Assembly (NCBI GenBank): GCA_023645945.1
Contig: JALAIB010000089.1
Location: 1-34,030, forward strand
Reading direction: 5' to 3'
Source of the DNA: Diploschistes diacapsis
Lineage: Eukaryota
Length of the DNA: 34,030 bases
The position numbers and the translations under genes were made by a program. This document shows positions 20,430 to 33,797 of this stretch, one piece after another. The notes under the pieces are model-generated. The model was given only the letters and a program-made list of their open reading frames with translations. It had not been told where the DNA came from and ran no database searches. The stretch's first letter is position 1, and each line of letters starts with the position of its first letter.

Positions 20430-22635
20430 GGAGGTCCGTTGCGATCCCTTTTCCATTACCAGGCCCCACCTCCCGGTAACCTCTGTGCGTTGGGACGTCC
20501 AGCGGCATTCAGAATGGGGGTCGCCCTCCTGGCGCATTTCCCCGCGTTTCCTGTTTCATGCGGGGGGGCGGCCTTCTATGCAAGACAGATAACGTACGCA
20601 AAAACTTCGGCACAGCTTTGCATATATGGGCTTAAGAGGTTGGCTACAGAGTTTCCCCACCGCTCTTTGGAAGACCGGGAACGGGGATGCCAGAAGAGGG
20701 CGAATGAGGTTGGGGATTACCTCTGCGTGTCCGTCCGATAGGGTGTGAGAAGAACTATATCCCAAAGAGGTAAACGAAGGACTTTCCGTTGCGCCCTTGG
20801 ATGGAGGTACCTTTTTGCCTATTTGGGTATAGTCTCTCAAGAGGTGGTGCGCAACCTTTTCTGCCCCACAGATTGGGGGCCAAAGTGGGTGCCCATCTAC
20901 TGTTGTTCGCTAGATGTAGGAAGCAAGCGTAGGTGGCTTGAAGTAGTAGGTAGGATAGGTGAGTGCCTGGCCCTTTAGTTACAAGGAATATTGCTTATAA
21001 GCTGCATGTTCGAGCCAATTAGCATCTATGGATACTATTTTCCATAGGTATTAGCGCGCTGGCACCTACCCCCTCAACGAAGAGTCACACCATAGCCTCC
21101 AAATAGGCTGAATCTGACCCGTTATAACAAGCAGATGCAAGCTCACAATCGTGAGCTGGTAACGAGCCATGAAGGCGATGAAGTTACGCTCATTAATTAG
21201 TCCCATGGCGTACACCTGGCACTGCTTGGCCGTTAGTCTCATGACTTTACCTCTGCAGTTGCTTTTGCATAATTGCACCATCATGGCCTAGGCTGATAGA
21301 AGTATGATCGAACAGGCTTGAGATGCACGATGCAGACAGATCCTTACGGGCCGTTCCGCTAAGATTTCTAAATTCAACGTGACCATCTACGCACAAGGTA
21401 TGATACCAACATCCCAGCGCTGTCCGGAGTTTAACATGCTCAGTACTCAGCAGCAATTGATACCATTGGCTCCTTGCGGAGATTCATTTACATGTAGGGT
21501 CGCAGCGGAACAATATACTCTGTATGTCAATAGTTCCAGTTTCGCCTCAGCTGGTGTCGATTATCGCTTCTCCATTCAGCTCGTCAACCTTATTCGGTGT
21601 CCCTCTGGATGACCTACACTGCATGAGCACTCTATCCGGAATGGTTTGTACGCCGTACGGAGTACAAGCAGGGCCTTTGAAGTACATCCCAGCAGAAGTA
21701 ACAACCTGGAGACCCCTTTATGCAATATCCTTCCGGCCTCCTTTCGTTATTGACTTTGTGCAGTTAGAAGGTTTTAAAGGCCAGTTAGTGAGAAAAGCAA
21801 GCAGAAAGCATTGGTGAAAGTTTACGTCTTTTGCTTCGTATTAATGCCACCAATAACAAGCCATGATACTTACCACGCCACCACTTAGAACCTTACACAA
21901 AAGCTACTACATAGCATCAGGCCTCGTGTGGAGTGTCTCACATCTGGCGTACCTTTACTTGACACATACTACTGGCTCAGCGTTCCCCTTGTTAAGGTAA
22001 ACAATAAACCAAGCAGCGAAACCGTTTCCTGTACCATATCAATCCGACCTCGGCATCTCTGGGCCAGTAATTATCCTCACGTCTTGACTAGTCATATTGG
22101 GATTTGCTCACCGTTAGCAGTGCGTTCAAATGAGTGCGAATGCAAAACTTCTCCAATGTAACCCTGCCAGCAAACCTTGCAAGCCTGCTCCTGCTCCTGA
22201 AGGGATGGCATATTTGGCTTTGCTAGCGGAGCTTCCCAGTCTACTTAGCGGCAAGGCGGACTATCTTCCGAGCAAGCCACCGATGTAGCCATCATACCGA
22301 ACAACTCCTGCATGTCAGCCCTTGGCCGCCAGCATGCTCAGCACCTGACCGCTTGTGCAAGTCATGGGAGGGGGGAATTGATCTGCGAAGTACGGGGTCG
22401 TTCCATCAACCGCATAGCAGGTCGTGATCGCCATAAACTCCAGAATCATTCACTTGCTGTGAAGAATTAGCAGTTATGTGGAAAGGCAAGAACGTACGTC
22501 TGGCAGACAGCAGACAGGAGTAGTTTCAGGGGATTCGAGTCACACAGTAGGCGAACCCTCCTGAGGTTCCCCTATTCACCATTGTACTGTTATTCGATAT
22601 GATCCGTAGCTGCTTCTACTTCCCACGATATTAAT

Positions 22636-24524
22636 ATGGCACTGGCATTGAGGCAGCGTTGGCATCGACGTGCCTTAGTAGGTGAAGCTTCGCATTTTGG
22701 CCCTTCTACGCTCTTGTCCATACCATGCCGCGGACAGCTGCTCCTTTACTTTGTCTCTCGCGTCTGCGACATGCTCCCTCACACAGTCACAGCTACTCTT
22801 CTGCCACTCCAATTGAAGTCTCTCGACGGATACTGGGGCTCATCCAGCACTGTAAACCTTGACATCTCAACACAAGCCGGTATTGTGGTGGGCTGCTTCA
22901 CTATTGCCGAATCCCTGACAGCTATGCTCTGGATCCAGGCTGCCGACAATGTTGGACGAAAGCCGATTCTTGTAATGGCACTGCTCGGGAATGCACTTAG
23001 TTGCTTAGGTGTGGGCTTCTCGAGAAGCTGGATAGAGATGGCTATATGGAGGATGCTTGGAGGATGCGTAAGCCCAAATCCGGTAATTGTGTAAGTCAAC
23101 CAAAGGTTTCCAGAGACTCTCCCTCTCTGTTGCAGCTGAGGTACTAAAGATTGCTCGCAGCGGGACAATGGTAGCTGAGAAGGTTCCAGACAAAAGGTTC
23201 GTAGACCAAAGATGGCGGAGCTACTGAACCCAGATCTGAACAAGCTTCGTAGATGGCTTCCGCTCGCTTATTTACTCATGCCCACGAGTTTCAATTTGGC
23301 GGCTCTTGTTGGTCCAAGTATGTCAAGTCTGGTTTATTGAGTCATTTCCCCGTCGCTCCCAGGGTTGGCTAATAGAGGACCGGTAAACCAGTTGTCGGCG
23401 GTTTCTTAGGCGGCTTTTCTGAGAATTGGTGGAAAAAAGGCCCGCAGTTGGTACTTTATGCGGAGAGCAGCATGCACTGGTTGTCGCGTTTCCCGTATGC
23501 CCTACCGTATATTGCTGTCAGCACACTCCTCGTAATCATTGCAATTGTGGTGCAAAAGTGTGTTGATGAGGTTCGTGCTGGAAGCTCCAACCTGGGAATG
23601 GCTTGAATAACATGCTTAGACTTTGCCGGCAAAGCTTGCCAGAGAAACAAGAGATCACATAGAAAAGAAGATGTTCTTGGAATATGAAAGGACCGGGGGA
23701 GGCGAGTTCCACGAAGATCTTGAGCCAGCGCGCGAAGGCTCGTCGTCTACAAGGTTCGAGGACGACGATGACGACTTCACGACCTCCACAGACACGGCAT
23801 TTCAGAAGCCTCCGCTAAGACTCCTATTCACACGGATGTTTCTGCTCACCTTTCTTACCCAGATCTTCTTTGACCTCCACACTTCGTAAGTACATCTGCC
23901 CAGTACAGGAGTGTTCATACTGATACATGTTCCAGCGCCTTCAACAATCTCTGGTCCCTCTTTCTCTCAGCTCCACGATCCTCACACGAGGCAACAATCG
24001 TATCACCTCTCTCCAGCGGCGGTCTGGGAATGTCTCTCAAAAATATGGGCTATGCGAGCGCTCTACTCGGAGTCGTGGGTCTAGTGCTCCAAGGCTGCCT
24101 TTACCCCCCAGTTCAAGGACGCTTGGGAACATTGCGCTGTTATCAGGCATTCTGTCTTTTTTATGCGGTGGCATACTTCCTGACGCCCGTCCTAAATTTC
24201 ATTCCTCAGTCGATCGCGGCCCTTGAAGCTCTGACCTGGGCAGGAATAGGCGTGATAGCGTTCCTGATTACCATTGGCCGAACGTTTACATTACCAGCCA
24301 TCCCAGTACTGCTGAACAACTGTGCTACACACCCGTCGCGCATCAGCACCGTGCACGGCATGGGCGTCATGGTCTCTGGTGTTTCAAGGACGGTTGGACC
24401 CGTCTTCGGCGGCTTTTTGTATGGGGCAGGTCTGAAGCTTGGAATGGCAAACATGGCATGGGTGGGAATTGGAACATTGGCGATGCTGGGCTGGTTGGCT
24501 TCGTGTCGTTTGCAACGTCACTAA
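22636..24524 (+). CDS. MFS transporter, drug/H+ antiporter-like (YCR023C/ZIFL-type)
   Basis: Multi-exon model that splices without stops: QAGIVVGCFTIAESLTAMLWIQAADNVGRKPIL (motif A), WRMLGG, GTMVAE, SFNLAALVGPIVGG, RFPYALP, SAFNNLWSLFL, GGLGMS, LLNNCATHPSRISTVHG...RTVGPVFGG. The start codon is uncertain. Confidence 0.85.
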
Positions 24525-24854
24525 ACCGAAGTGATACAACGTTGTACTTGAACAAGGGGCTAACCGTTAGACAAACAGTGGTGGAAACTCAGCTGACGTC
24601 AGCGGAGCGAGTCGGAATATCTCCGGATATAACTCGGGCTAAACTCAGTATGTGAGAGATGCTACCATCGATTACCCTATTATTGATGTGACTGTAGGAC
24701 GGCGGACATGGTTTTGCCTCCGTGCTCCACCGCGCATCCTACACTCGCTATTATTCTGGCAAGCTATCTTGCCTCTCTTCTATCCACTTCTTGCCTTGCG
24801 GAAAAATTATCCCTTGACCGCCGCCATCTTCCAGCGTCCTCTGTTCTCACCACC

Positions 24855-26340
24855 ATGAATGCTGAATGCCAACCTCTCGCTCCTCTGCCGCTTGGCCTGT
24901 CCCGTCGACCTCCCACCGCTTCCAGCACCCTTCAAGTTTCTACCTCCTTAGAAGGTGGAACCCCTGAATTGAACGGTTCCGAAGAAACGGCGCTTAGTAA
25001 CGGAACTAGCAGTACCGACGACCTGCCTCCGGTAACTAGACGCCGGCAGTGGACCGTCTTACTCTCGGCGTTCCTCACAATCTGCATTACCATTGGTTTC
25101 AATCAGTCGTACGGTGTATTTCAGGCCGCATATTCTTCGCCAACGGACACCATATTAGTCCCGGACCAAATCAGCAATGGGGCTCTTATTGCCTTTGTGG
25201 GAACCTTGGGTGCGGGTCTCACGTGGGCCGGCAGTATCTTTGTCAACCCTCTTATGACCAGAGTGCCAAGCATGCGCTACATCACCACGCCAGGAGTTCT
25301 GTTGATGAGCCTAGGATTCGGGTTGGCAGGCCAGGCGACACAGGTAAGTTCATAGACGGCTAGATATGCTCGCTTTGGTTTTGCAATCCATCAAGTATGG
25401 CTCGCAACCTTACTCGTTACAGGCTTGGCACCTTCTGCTCACTCAAGGCTTATTGTATGGAATCGGCTCCTCCATGCTCTACTTTCCAATTCTAGCTGTT
25501 GTCCCGGAGTACTTCGCCAGTCATCGGGGTGCCGCCATGGGGTTTGTACTTTCGGGTGCTGGCATTGGAGCCGTTGTTTTCTCTTTGGTGATTCGGGCTT
25601 TGATTACCGCCATTGGAGCACGTTGGGCTCTTAGGTTCCTTGCCTTCCTCAACCTTTTGATATCCCTGCCCATCGCCCTGACGGCTCCTTCTCCTCGTTT
25701 TACCAGCAAACGGCCAACACATATCGACCTTCAGCTGGCGCTCAAACCGGCCTTCTTGTTGTCGGTAGGAGCCGCTTTGCTTCAAAGCAGCGGCAACCTC
25801 GTTCCTCTTACCTTCTTATCCGAATACAGCATCGCATTAGGATATTCTGCAAACTTTGGGGCCACTCTCATTGCTATCAACAATGGCGTTAACTCCGTCA
25901 GCCGAGTTCTAACCGGATTCGCCGGCGACGCATTTGGCCGCCAGAATGTCCTCATATTGACCATTTTGGGCAGCGCCGTTGCCGTGTCTGGTCTCTGGCT
26001 GGGGAGCGTGTCCAACGGGAGCCAGACGCTTTGGATTCTCTTCGTAGTATTCTATGGCGTGTGGGCTGGTGGATACAACTCGCTCTTCCCAACCACCATC
26101 GCCGAGGTGTTTGGCATTCATGCTTACGCCAGTGTGAATGGGTTTGTCTATTTTGTCCGTGGTCTAGGGTCCTTTTTCGGGAGTCCCGTAGCAGGCACTA
26201 TTCTCGGGGAAAATACCAGGAAGAATTATCTTGACGTTGTCTATTTTGACTCCGCGCTTTTGTTTGGCGCGTCTCTCTGTGTCATTGGAGTGCGGTATTT
26301 CGATGCGGTAGAGAGGGGTCGCTGGCAAGGCAAAGCTTAG
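24855..26340 (+). CDS. MFS transporter, monocarboxylate-porter (MCT/Mch) family
   Basis: Exons 24855-25343 and 25423-26340. Motifs QWTVLLSAFL...GFNQSYGVFQ, WHLLLTQGLLYGIGSSMLYFP, EYFASHRGAAMGFVLSGAGIG and GFAGDAFGRQN. Confidence 0.92.
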
Positions 26341-26867
26341 TAGCAGATTTAAGAAAAGACTACTGGATACCCGTTCGGCAGGCGCTTGTTGGTTCAAGGT
26401 TGGAGGAGGTTTTGAGGGTTTAGCAATCTTGAAGATGAAGAGATAAAGAAATAGAAGAAATAGAGAACAAAGGAGCCGTCTCTGAGAGATAAAATCGAGT
26501 TGTAGCGCGTCGCGTGCAAGACCCTTTTCCTGCAATCTCTCGTCTCAATCGAGGCTTTGTACGTGTAAATCAATTATGCTTGTCACTGGCCACTTTGGAA
26601 CTAATCATCCCATTCTTATGATCTATATCACCGGACATGGGAGAACGCAGGCGGCGCACGCAATATAAAGTGGGTCACATGCTTTAGTGCCAAGAAAGCC
26701 CGGAGCGGAAGCCACAGAAACGTGACGGGACGCCTTTTGGCTCACGTGATTTCTCGATAGCCGTGTTCCAAATCTTGCTTCTTCTTTGTGGTACGTTGGA
26801 TACGTTCAAGAGATGGCCCGTCTAACAATGCCACGGTGACATTGAGGAAGATACCTTAGCTCTCCCT

Positions 26868-29800
26868 ATGCACGGTGTGCTTCCTGGAAAGCCAAGGGCG
26901 ACTCCGCAAGCGGTCTGCACCAGTCAATGGACTCAGAAACGTCTAATTGTAAGCTCAGAGCTGAGAAAAGACGGCCACTAAGCTAATTACTCAGATATAT
27001 ATCGCCGGCAATGCCCTGGTCATCCTGGATGGACCAGCACATCTAGTGCAAACGATCTATCACGATGATGTGAGTCTCCTGGATGCTGTGGCAATCGACA
27101 AAGACACAGGCAAAATCGCCGTCTTAGGGCAGTCAAATGTATATGTTTACAGACCGTATGGGCTCGAGGAGGCATCGCTCAAAGTTCGTGGCATCGATAT
27201 TGTAATGACGTGGCTAACCCTGCTAGTGGTCCTTACAATTCTCGTTCACGACTGATTCAAACCCGGCACCAAGTACTCTCTCGTGGGGGCATTCAGAGGA
27301 GCTCTTGATAGCATCCGTGGATCTGAGGCTATACCGGACTTCAGACACATGTGATTTGATATGGCAGCGGCTGCTGTCCAGTCCAGCACGGGTAGCTCTG
27401 CAGTCGCCGGACGGTAGTCTCATTGCCTCCATTGCACAATATGACAGATTAGTCAAGGTCTGGAGGCGGTGCTCGTCAGGAGATGGAAATGTGCAGTTCG
27501 ACTACGGTTATCTTGCCCACCCTTCAATCGTAACAGGTATTTCATGGCAAGAGAAGCAAGACGAGAGTCATAATGGCAAACACGTGCTCTATACGTTATG
27601 TGCAGACAGCAAAGCTCGGGTATGGGTGTCCATCGATCCTCATGGACTTCAAGTCTTACAGATTTGGGCTGAAATCGACTTACTAGCCTCCATACAGCCA
27701 AGGCATCTTGACGAGTGTGTTGAGACTAAAGACCGATATGTATTCTTTATCGATGGCAACGATTTCAAAACCGCTGTGCAAAGCGTACAGGCGAGCGGAG
27801 AACAGAGTCCCGTGCTGGAGCACCTGGTTGAAGCTGTTCAGACCGCACCCGACCTTTGCTTTGTACTTGACCGTCTAGGGAATATGTGCGCTTGGGGTCT
27901 GAAGAGTGTAGGACGCGAATCTAGAGACGCTCCTAATATATTCAACATGGTATACGTGGAAAATGTTAATGTACTCTCTCTCGATTCTCCTTGCGCCACC
28001 GATGCTCCAGTTCATCTTTTGAGCTATTGCAGCATTTCTTCTGAGTCCAGCCTTTCTGTACTCTTGCATTCTTTCGATGGGAGCATACGGTGGTTTCAGG
28101 GTGGACTCCTCGATATCTTCGACCCTTCAAGTCGAAAACCTAGATTCATAAGTAGAGCTCTTTGGACAGGGCATGAGGGAAGCATCAAGAAAATCATCCG
28201 AACCAATGGAGGTCGTGCCATTGTTTCAAGGACCGACGGAAATGAGAGCCTAGTATGGAAACAGTCCGAAGAAAGCGATGCGATCGCTCTCAGACGACAT
28301 AGTTCTTTCATGACGCCAAATCATATTCATCGCACCTGCGTGCTCGATGGAGGAGATTTCGTTGCTAACCTATATCATGAGTACATTTCTATCTGGGATG
28401 CAACAGAATTTGCCAGCCAGGATGTGGCATCTTGCCGGTACGAGCTGGATGGAAATCCGTTGTGCCTGATACTGCTAGCTGCTCTGGATACTTCTCCCTC
28501 CACAAGATACATTGCTACCATTTCGTCAAGCATGACCGGCTTGGTTTGGCGAGCAAAGCTTCCGCAGCTTGAGGCAGCCAACGGGTGCTTTCATCGCCTC
28601 ACCGCTTCTATAGAGCAGTTCTGCACCTTTGATCTTGGTCACCACTCTGACTTAGCCTACGTGCTTCCTGTAGATCCCGCAGGCTCAATCCCTATTGTAA
28701 GTGGGTTCCTCGATACATTCTCAAAAGACATTGCCCTCTCCTATACTACCAACGGGGTTTTATGTACCTGGGCAGCAAAAGTGGACACTGAGCACAGGCG
28801 TGTTGATTGGCTGGCAACTGCCAAAGTTATTACAGGCATTTCCCAGCCTTCCCTCGCGAGTGGAAGCTCGATACGAAAAGTTGCTCTCGTCGATGCAGCC
28901 CGCAATGGCCTCACTATCTGGGATACGAGCAACGCGCAGCTGGAATATGGCAAGCAGTATTCCGCTGGCGAATCTATCCAAGATCTGGATTGGACGTCTA
29001 CGCCTGACGACCAATCGATCCTGGCCGTGGGCTTTTCTCATAAGGTCATGGTTCTGGCCCAGATTCGATATGATTATTTGGATCGAAGGCCGTCATGGGC
29101 GCCAATTCGAGAAATTTCAATCCGCGAATCCACTCCTCATCCGATTGGAGACAGTACATGGCTAGGTAGTGGAAGTCTAGTTATAGGAGCCGGCAGCCAG
29201 CTGTTCGTCTATGATAAGTTCGTCGCCTCCCACGAAGAGGGTGTGAAGGAGCTCTCGATCTCAAAACGCGACAACGCTGTAGTTGACCTTTTCGATGTTG
29301 TGTCATTGCTAAACGGGCCACTCCCCATGTTCCATCCTCAGCTCCTATCCCAGTGTATATTGGCAGGAAAACTACCCTTGGTTCAGAAAGTCATCATAGG
29401 CCTCCATAGAGGGTTAAAGTATTTCACAGACGGCGATGCTCTGGATAGCTCCCTATCGATTCCCATTGAAGAATTCTTCGAAGAGCCACAGGTAAGAATC
29501 CTGGTATAAGATACCACATCTTTCGCTAATAGCAGTGCCAGCAAACGTCTTTATCAAACTCAAGAATACTGAGAGTTGATGACGATGATTATGAGCCGGA
29601 TACTGTCACTGAAGACGTCGCATTATCGCTCAACGAAAATCTTACGAAAAAATCGATTCCATACCTTTCCAGTCAGGAAAAGTTCCATCTAGTTGATCTC
29701 ATTGAGTGTGTAGCTACTGCCGAAAAGCACCGGCGTTCGATGGATGAGAATGCTACGAGATTTCTATTATTTTTCCGGCGATATATGCTGCGCCGGTCTC

Positions 29801-31136
29801 AGCGACATAACGACGCGTTTGGTATAACGTGGCGAGAGATTGCTTGGGCCTTTCACAGCAATAGTCAAGACATCCTTGCAGATCAAGTATCCCACCACTT
29901 TCAAGGGAGGATGCTGTGGGAACATGCCAAGGAAAGCGGAATCTTTATGTGGATGACCGATATCAATGCATTGGTTGGTTGTCTAGTTTGGCCGGGAAGA
30001 GTCGAGGCTTACTTTTGCGTGGTAGAGGGCCCAATTCGAGATCATTGCTCGTAATGAATACACGAAAACCGACGAAAGAAATCCCATCGACTGCAGTATA
30101 TACTACCTGGCATTGAAGAAAAAGGCCGTACTCATTGGATTATGGAAAATGGCTACTTGGCACCGCGAACAGTCTACAACGCAGAAATTCTTGTCAAACA
30201 ACTTCAACGAACAAAGATGGCAGACTAGTGCTCGTAAGAACGCTTATGCATTAATGGGCAAGCGACGGTTCGGTAGGCCTGCGAACCTGCCTGCCGGTCA
30301 GGGTCGAACAGTCAACTGACTCTCTATAGAATACGCAGCTGCCTTTTTCCTACTCGCTGGTGACGTACGGGACGCGGTAAATATCTGCGTGAATCAGATG
30401 CAAGACATTCAACTCGCCATAGCCATCGCAAGGGTGCACGCCGGTGATGAGAGTGGTGTATTGTATGAGCTCCTGGAAGAGAAGGTTCTCCCGCTGGCCG
30501 CATTCGAAGGAAATCGGTGGATGGCTTCATGGGCCTTCTGGACGCTCGGCCGGCGGGACATGGCTGTACGATCGTTGATAGTATGCCATCAAAATTACAG
30601 TTCGAGAGCATGTATCCAAGCTAACGACATTCCAGACTCCAGTAAACAATCTTCTCGATAGTCCAGGAGCTCCTAGTCAAGAGGCACAGTCTTACCTTGC
30701 AACAGACCCTGCGTTGGTGGTTCTCTACAGACAACTGAGGGAGAAGACACTGCAGGCGCTCATTGGGGCATCTCAAGTCTCGCCTCGAACAGAGTGGGAA
30801 TTTGTCATGCAGATTGCCCGTCTCTACGACCGCATGGGCTGCGATGTACTCGCTTTAGATCTTGGTGAGCTCACTACGAGGCCTGTCCAATCTCAGAGCT
30901 GACGTTCCACAGTACGAAACTGGGACTTCTTGAAGCTTCCGCCGCCGAATCAAAGAACCCCCAAACCGCTGGCCGACCCTCGCAAGATGCTCAGGAGAAG
31001 GAGCAGTCTGGTCGTGACCGATCTACCATCACCGAAATCGCCAATGGCCTTGAAAACGCCCGCCTTCAAGCCACCGCCGTCAAAAGTATTCGAAGAGCCG
31101 ACGGCGAACTCACTTTTGGATTCTTTTGGATTTTGA
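26868..31136 (+). CDS. RAV1: RAVE complex subunit Rav1 (regulator of V-ATPase assembly; WD repeats plus Rav1p_C)
   Basis: Multi-exon gene starting MHGVLPGKP. Motifs include DLDWTSTPDDQSILAVGF, LNGPLPMFHPQLLSQCILAGK, SMDENATRF, WREIAWAFHS, NPIDCSIYYLALKKK, ATWHREQ, ARKNAYALMGKRRFEYAAAFFLLA and YDRMGCDVLALDL. Confidence 0.95.
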
Positions 31137-31784
31137 GTTATGAGTTATGATACCCCCGGACCGTTTGGTGTTCAAGGGTTTGTGCGGATTGTTCCCCGGT
31201 TTCTGCCTCTGCCCGTTTTACACTGTTCAGGCGCAGGAATATCTTGAGCACGGGCAGACTAGTTGGCATCGGCGTATACGCTTCAATCCCGTATCATCTT
31301 AGACTTCCTCATTTGAATAGGAGTATACATGTATCGAACTTCCGCCCGGCCTTGCTGGAGCTGGGTGATAATACTGGTAGCTCTTGGGCCTTTGTCCGAC
31401 GTGCGCAAGAACGTATCCTGCTCGTGAAGCTCCATTAGTAATGATCAAAATTATTATACATCATACACACGTAGTGACCTGACTTTAAGATGCCAATCAT
31501 AAAGCTCTGTAATCTCGGACGTATAAAGACGGAGAAGTAACGAGGATCGGCGGCACATGCTGTTTTTTTCGCTGTGTGGCAGTTGCCTTGCCTTGCGTTG
31601 CGTTGCCCAGGCTAGCGTCATCGCTTTTTGAAATTCTTGTTTGACCTTTTGACGTCGTCTCTTCAAACTTCTTCTTTCCTGATAACACGCGACCACTTCT
31701 TCCCACCTTGTTTCCAAAACCTAGATACCACTGCTCCCTTCACAAAATCAATTACGCTTTTTGTACGCTCATAGCATCTTTGCC

Positions 31785-33251
31785 ATGAGTGATACCCCTC
31801 CTCAGCTCGCAGATCTTCCCAGAGCTTCAGGCTTCAGCGTTCCGACCTTGGGCACCGCACCAGAGCAAAAGTACTCTGCTTCTGCCAACGCCAACGGCTC
31901 AGCAGCTATGTCTGACTCTCAGAACTCGTTCAATGATGCTAGGGATTCCGCTGTCAACAGTAAGGTGAGTCAAACTCCTTATCTCTGCAGCCACTAGAAT
32001 ATTAACCACTCTTCTTCCTTAGGTTCCTTGAGAAATACCATCATGCTAGATGATTCTGTTCGTTAACATTTGCAGGCGCCCAATCTGCGATGAACGCCGT
32101 TTCTAACCACCCAGTCACCCAAAACATTAGGGACACTGTAAACAATGGTCAGGTAAGCATATCGAACAAGCTACTCCAATGGAACTCGCTAATTTCTATA
32201 CAGTCTTCATCGTCAGTGTATGCCCACAAAGCCTAATCCGAGCAGGTCCGGTAGCAGATGCTGTGAAGGACCAGCATGCGAAGACATCGGCCGAGTTCAA
32301 CAACCTTGCCAATTCCCGCAAAATGCCTGAGACACGAGCTGCCAACGATCAGCCATTGACCCGTATGTATAAAACAATTGGCTGCAGATGAGCTTGTGCT
32401 GATCATCCGTAGATTATCACTCGTTCTTCTATACCCTTCTGAGTGTAAGGCTTATCAGACGAAATTTAAAAAAGCTGCATTATGCTAACAGATATAGTGG
32501 GAGAACCCTCGTGTAACCGGTATCGCATTTGGGAGCATCATCACGGCTATCTTCGCATTCCGCTACGTTCCAGCCGTCAGCTGGGCCTTGAAAGGGCTCT
32601 GGATTACGTTTGGTACGGTTGCATTGGTAGAGAGTGCTGCAAAGCTGTGCTTTGGTTCTGGTGTTGCACAATCTATACGTCCGAGACGATACCTCACTGT
32701 TCCTCGCGAATTTCTCGAGGCGTCTCTCGAGGATGTCGAACAGCTCATCAACTTCTTTGTGATTGAGTTCCAGCGAGTTCTCTACGCTGAGAATGTCTTG
32801 CACACTATTGCGGTGAGCTGTATTCCAGCGTTTCAACGTCGTGAATTGACATATCCAGGCTTTTCTTGCTTCGTTGCTCTCCTACTATCTTATCAGGATC
32901 GTGCCATTCTGGGGACTCTCTCTCATTGCAACCAGCATTGTCTTCTTGACTCCCATAATCTACATTACCAATCAGGAATTCATTGATCATCATTTGGCCA
33001 ACGCTAATGATATCATGAATTCTCAAAGCGCTCAGATCCGTGATCTTGCTGGCCAGCACGCGTCTAATGCGTCTAACACCTTGAAGAACTATGCTGGAGA
33101 CTACACGGCTAAAGCTCAAGAGATGATTGGTAGTGCAACTGGAAGCAAGAACGCGTCGGGGTCTAACGTCAAAGCCGAGAGCTTCCCTCAGGCGCCTACT
33201 CAGGAACCTGCGGCTAACAGCACCGCTGCCGAGCCGCAACCGGCTTCTTAG
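31785..33251 (+). CDS. Reticulon-like protein (Cwl1/RtnA-type)
   Basis: Multi-exon gene. Motifs GPVADAVKDQHAKTSAEFNNLAN, YHSFFYTLLSWENPRVT, QLINFFVIEFQRVLYAEN and SYYLIRIVPFWGLSLIATSIVFLTPIIYITNQEFID. Confidence 0.9.
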
Positions 33252-33797
33252 GTGGCTACCCACAGTACCCGGCGATGGATGAGTAAAGTAATTCAGCTGG
33301 AGAATGTCGATACATTGATACAAGTGGATCGACAACGCTGGATCGGCCAGAAGACTATCAACTATTTTGGGCGATTGGTGGATGCTGGTTGGAGGCGTAC
33401 AACTTGTCCGGAAATCTTGCACAGCAAGGGCATGAAAATTATGTATTTTTGATGCAGGCGGCCATTATTACGAAGGGATTGGCTGGACGGAAATTGTGGC
33501 GGACAAAGTGGCTCGGGGAGGATCGAACGTGCAATAGAGCATTCCCATCTTGCATGGTTCGCTGCGATGTTTGCTTGAATATGAAGTGTTTCTGCCCAAG
33601 TTCAGAGTCTCCGCAGATTTTCGTCTCACGGGCTCTTGCGCTGCTTTGCCTTCGTCTTCCCTTTAATCCCCAAAAAACCATGGGCTTCTCCATCACCACC
33701 TCCAACACTCAATGTTCCCTCTAGCCTGCCCATTTCGAACAGAATTCCCTTCAACCTTCCATAGTCCTCTTAAAACCTACGCCACCCCGTCCCTCAC

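Noticed and set aside
20037..20741. 234-aa ORF downstream of DUF3328
   Set aside because: It overlaps the DUF3328 end in another frame, runs through a microsatellite, and has no recognisable domain.
11497..22635. Transposon, Starship or RIP-mutated repeat
   Set aside because: I detected no transposase, reverse transcriptase or tyrosine recombinase motifs, terminal repeats or AT-rich RIP tracts by eye.
24855..26340. Mch-type MFS transporter as part of the RiPP cluster
   Set aside because: It looks like a conventional family member in the compact RAV1/reticulon block. Nothing beyond adjacency links it to the cluster, and synteny would be needed.
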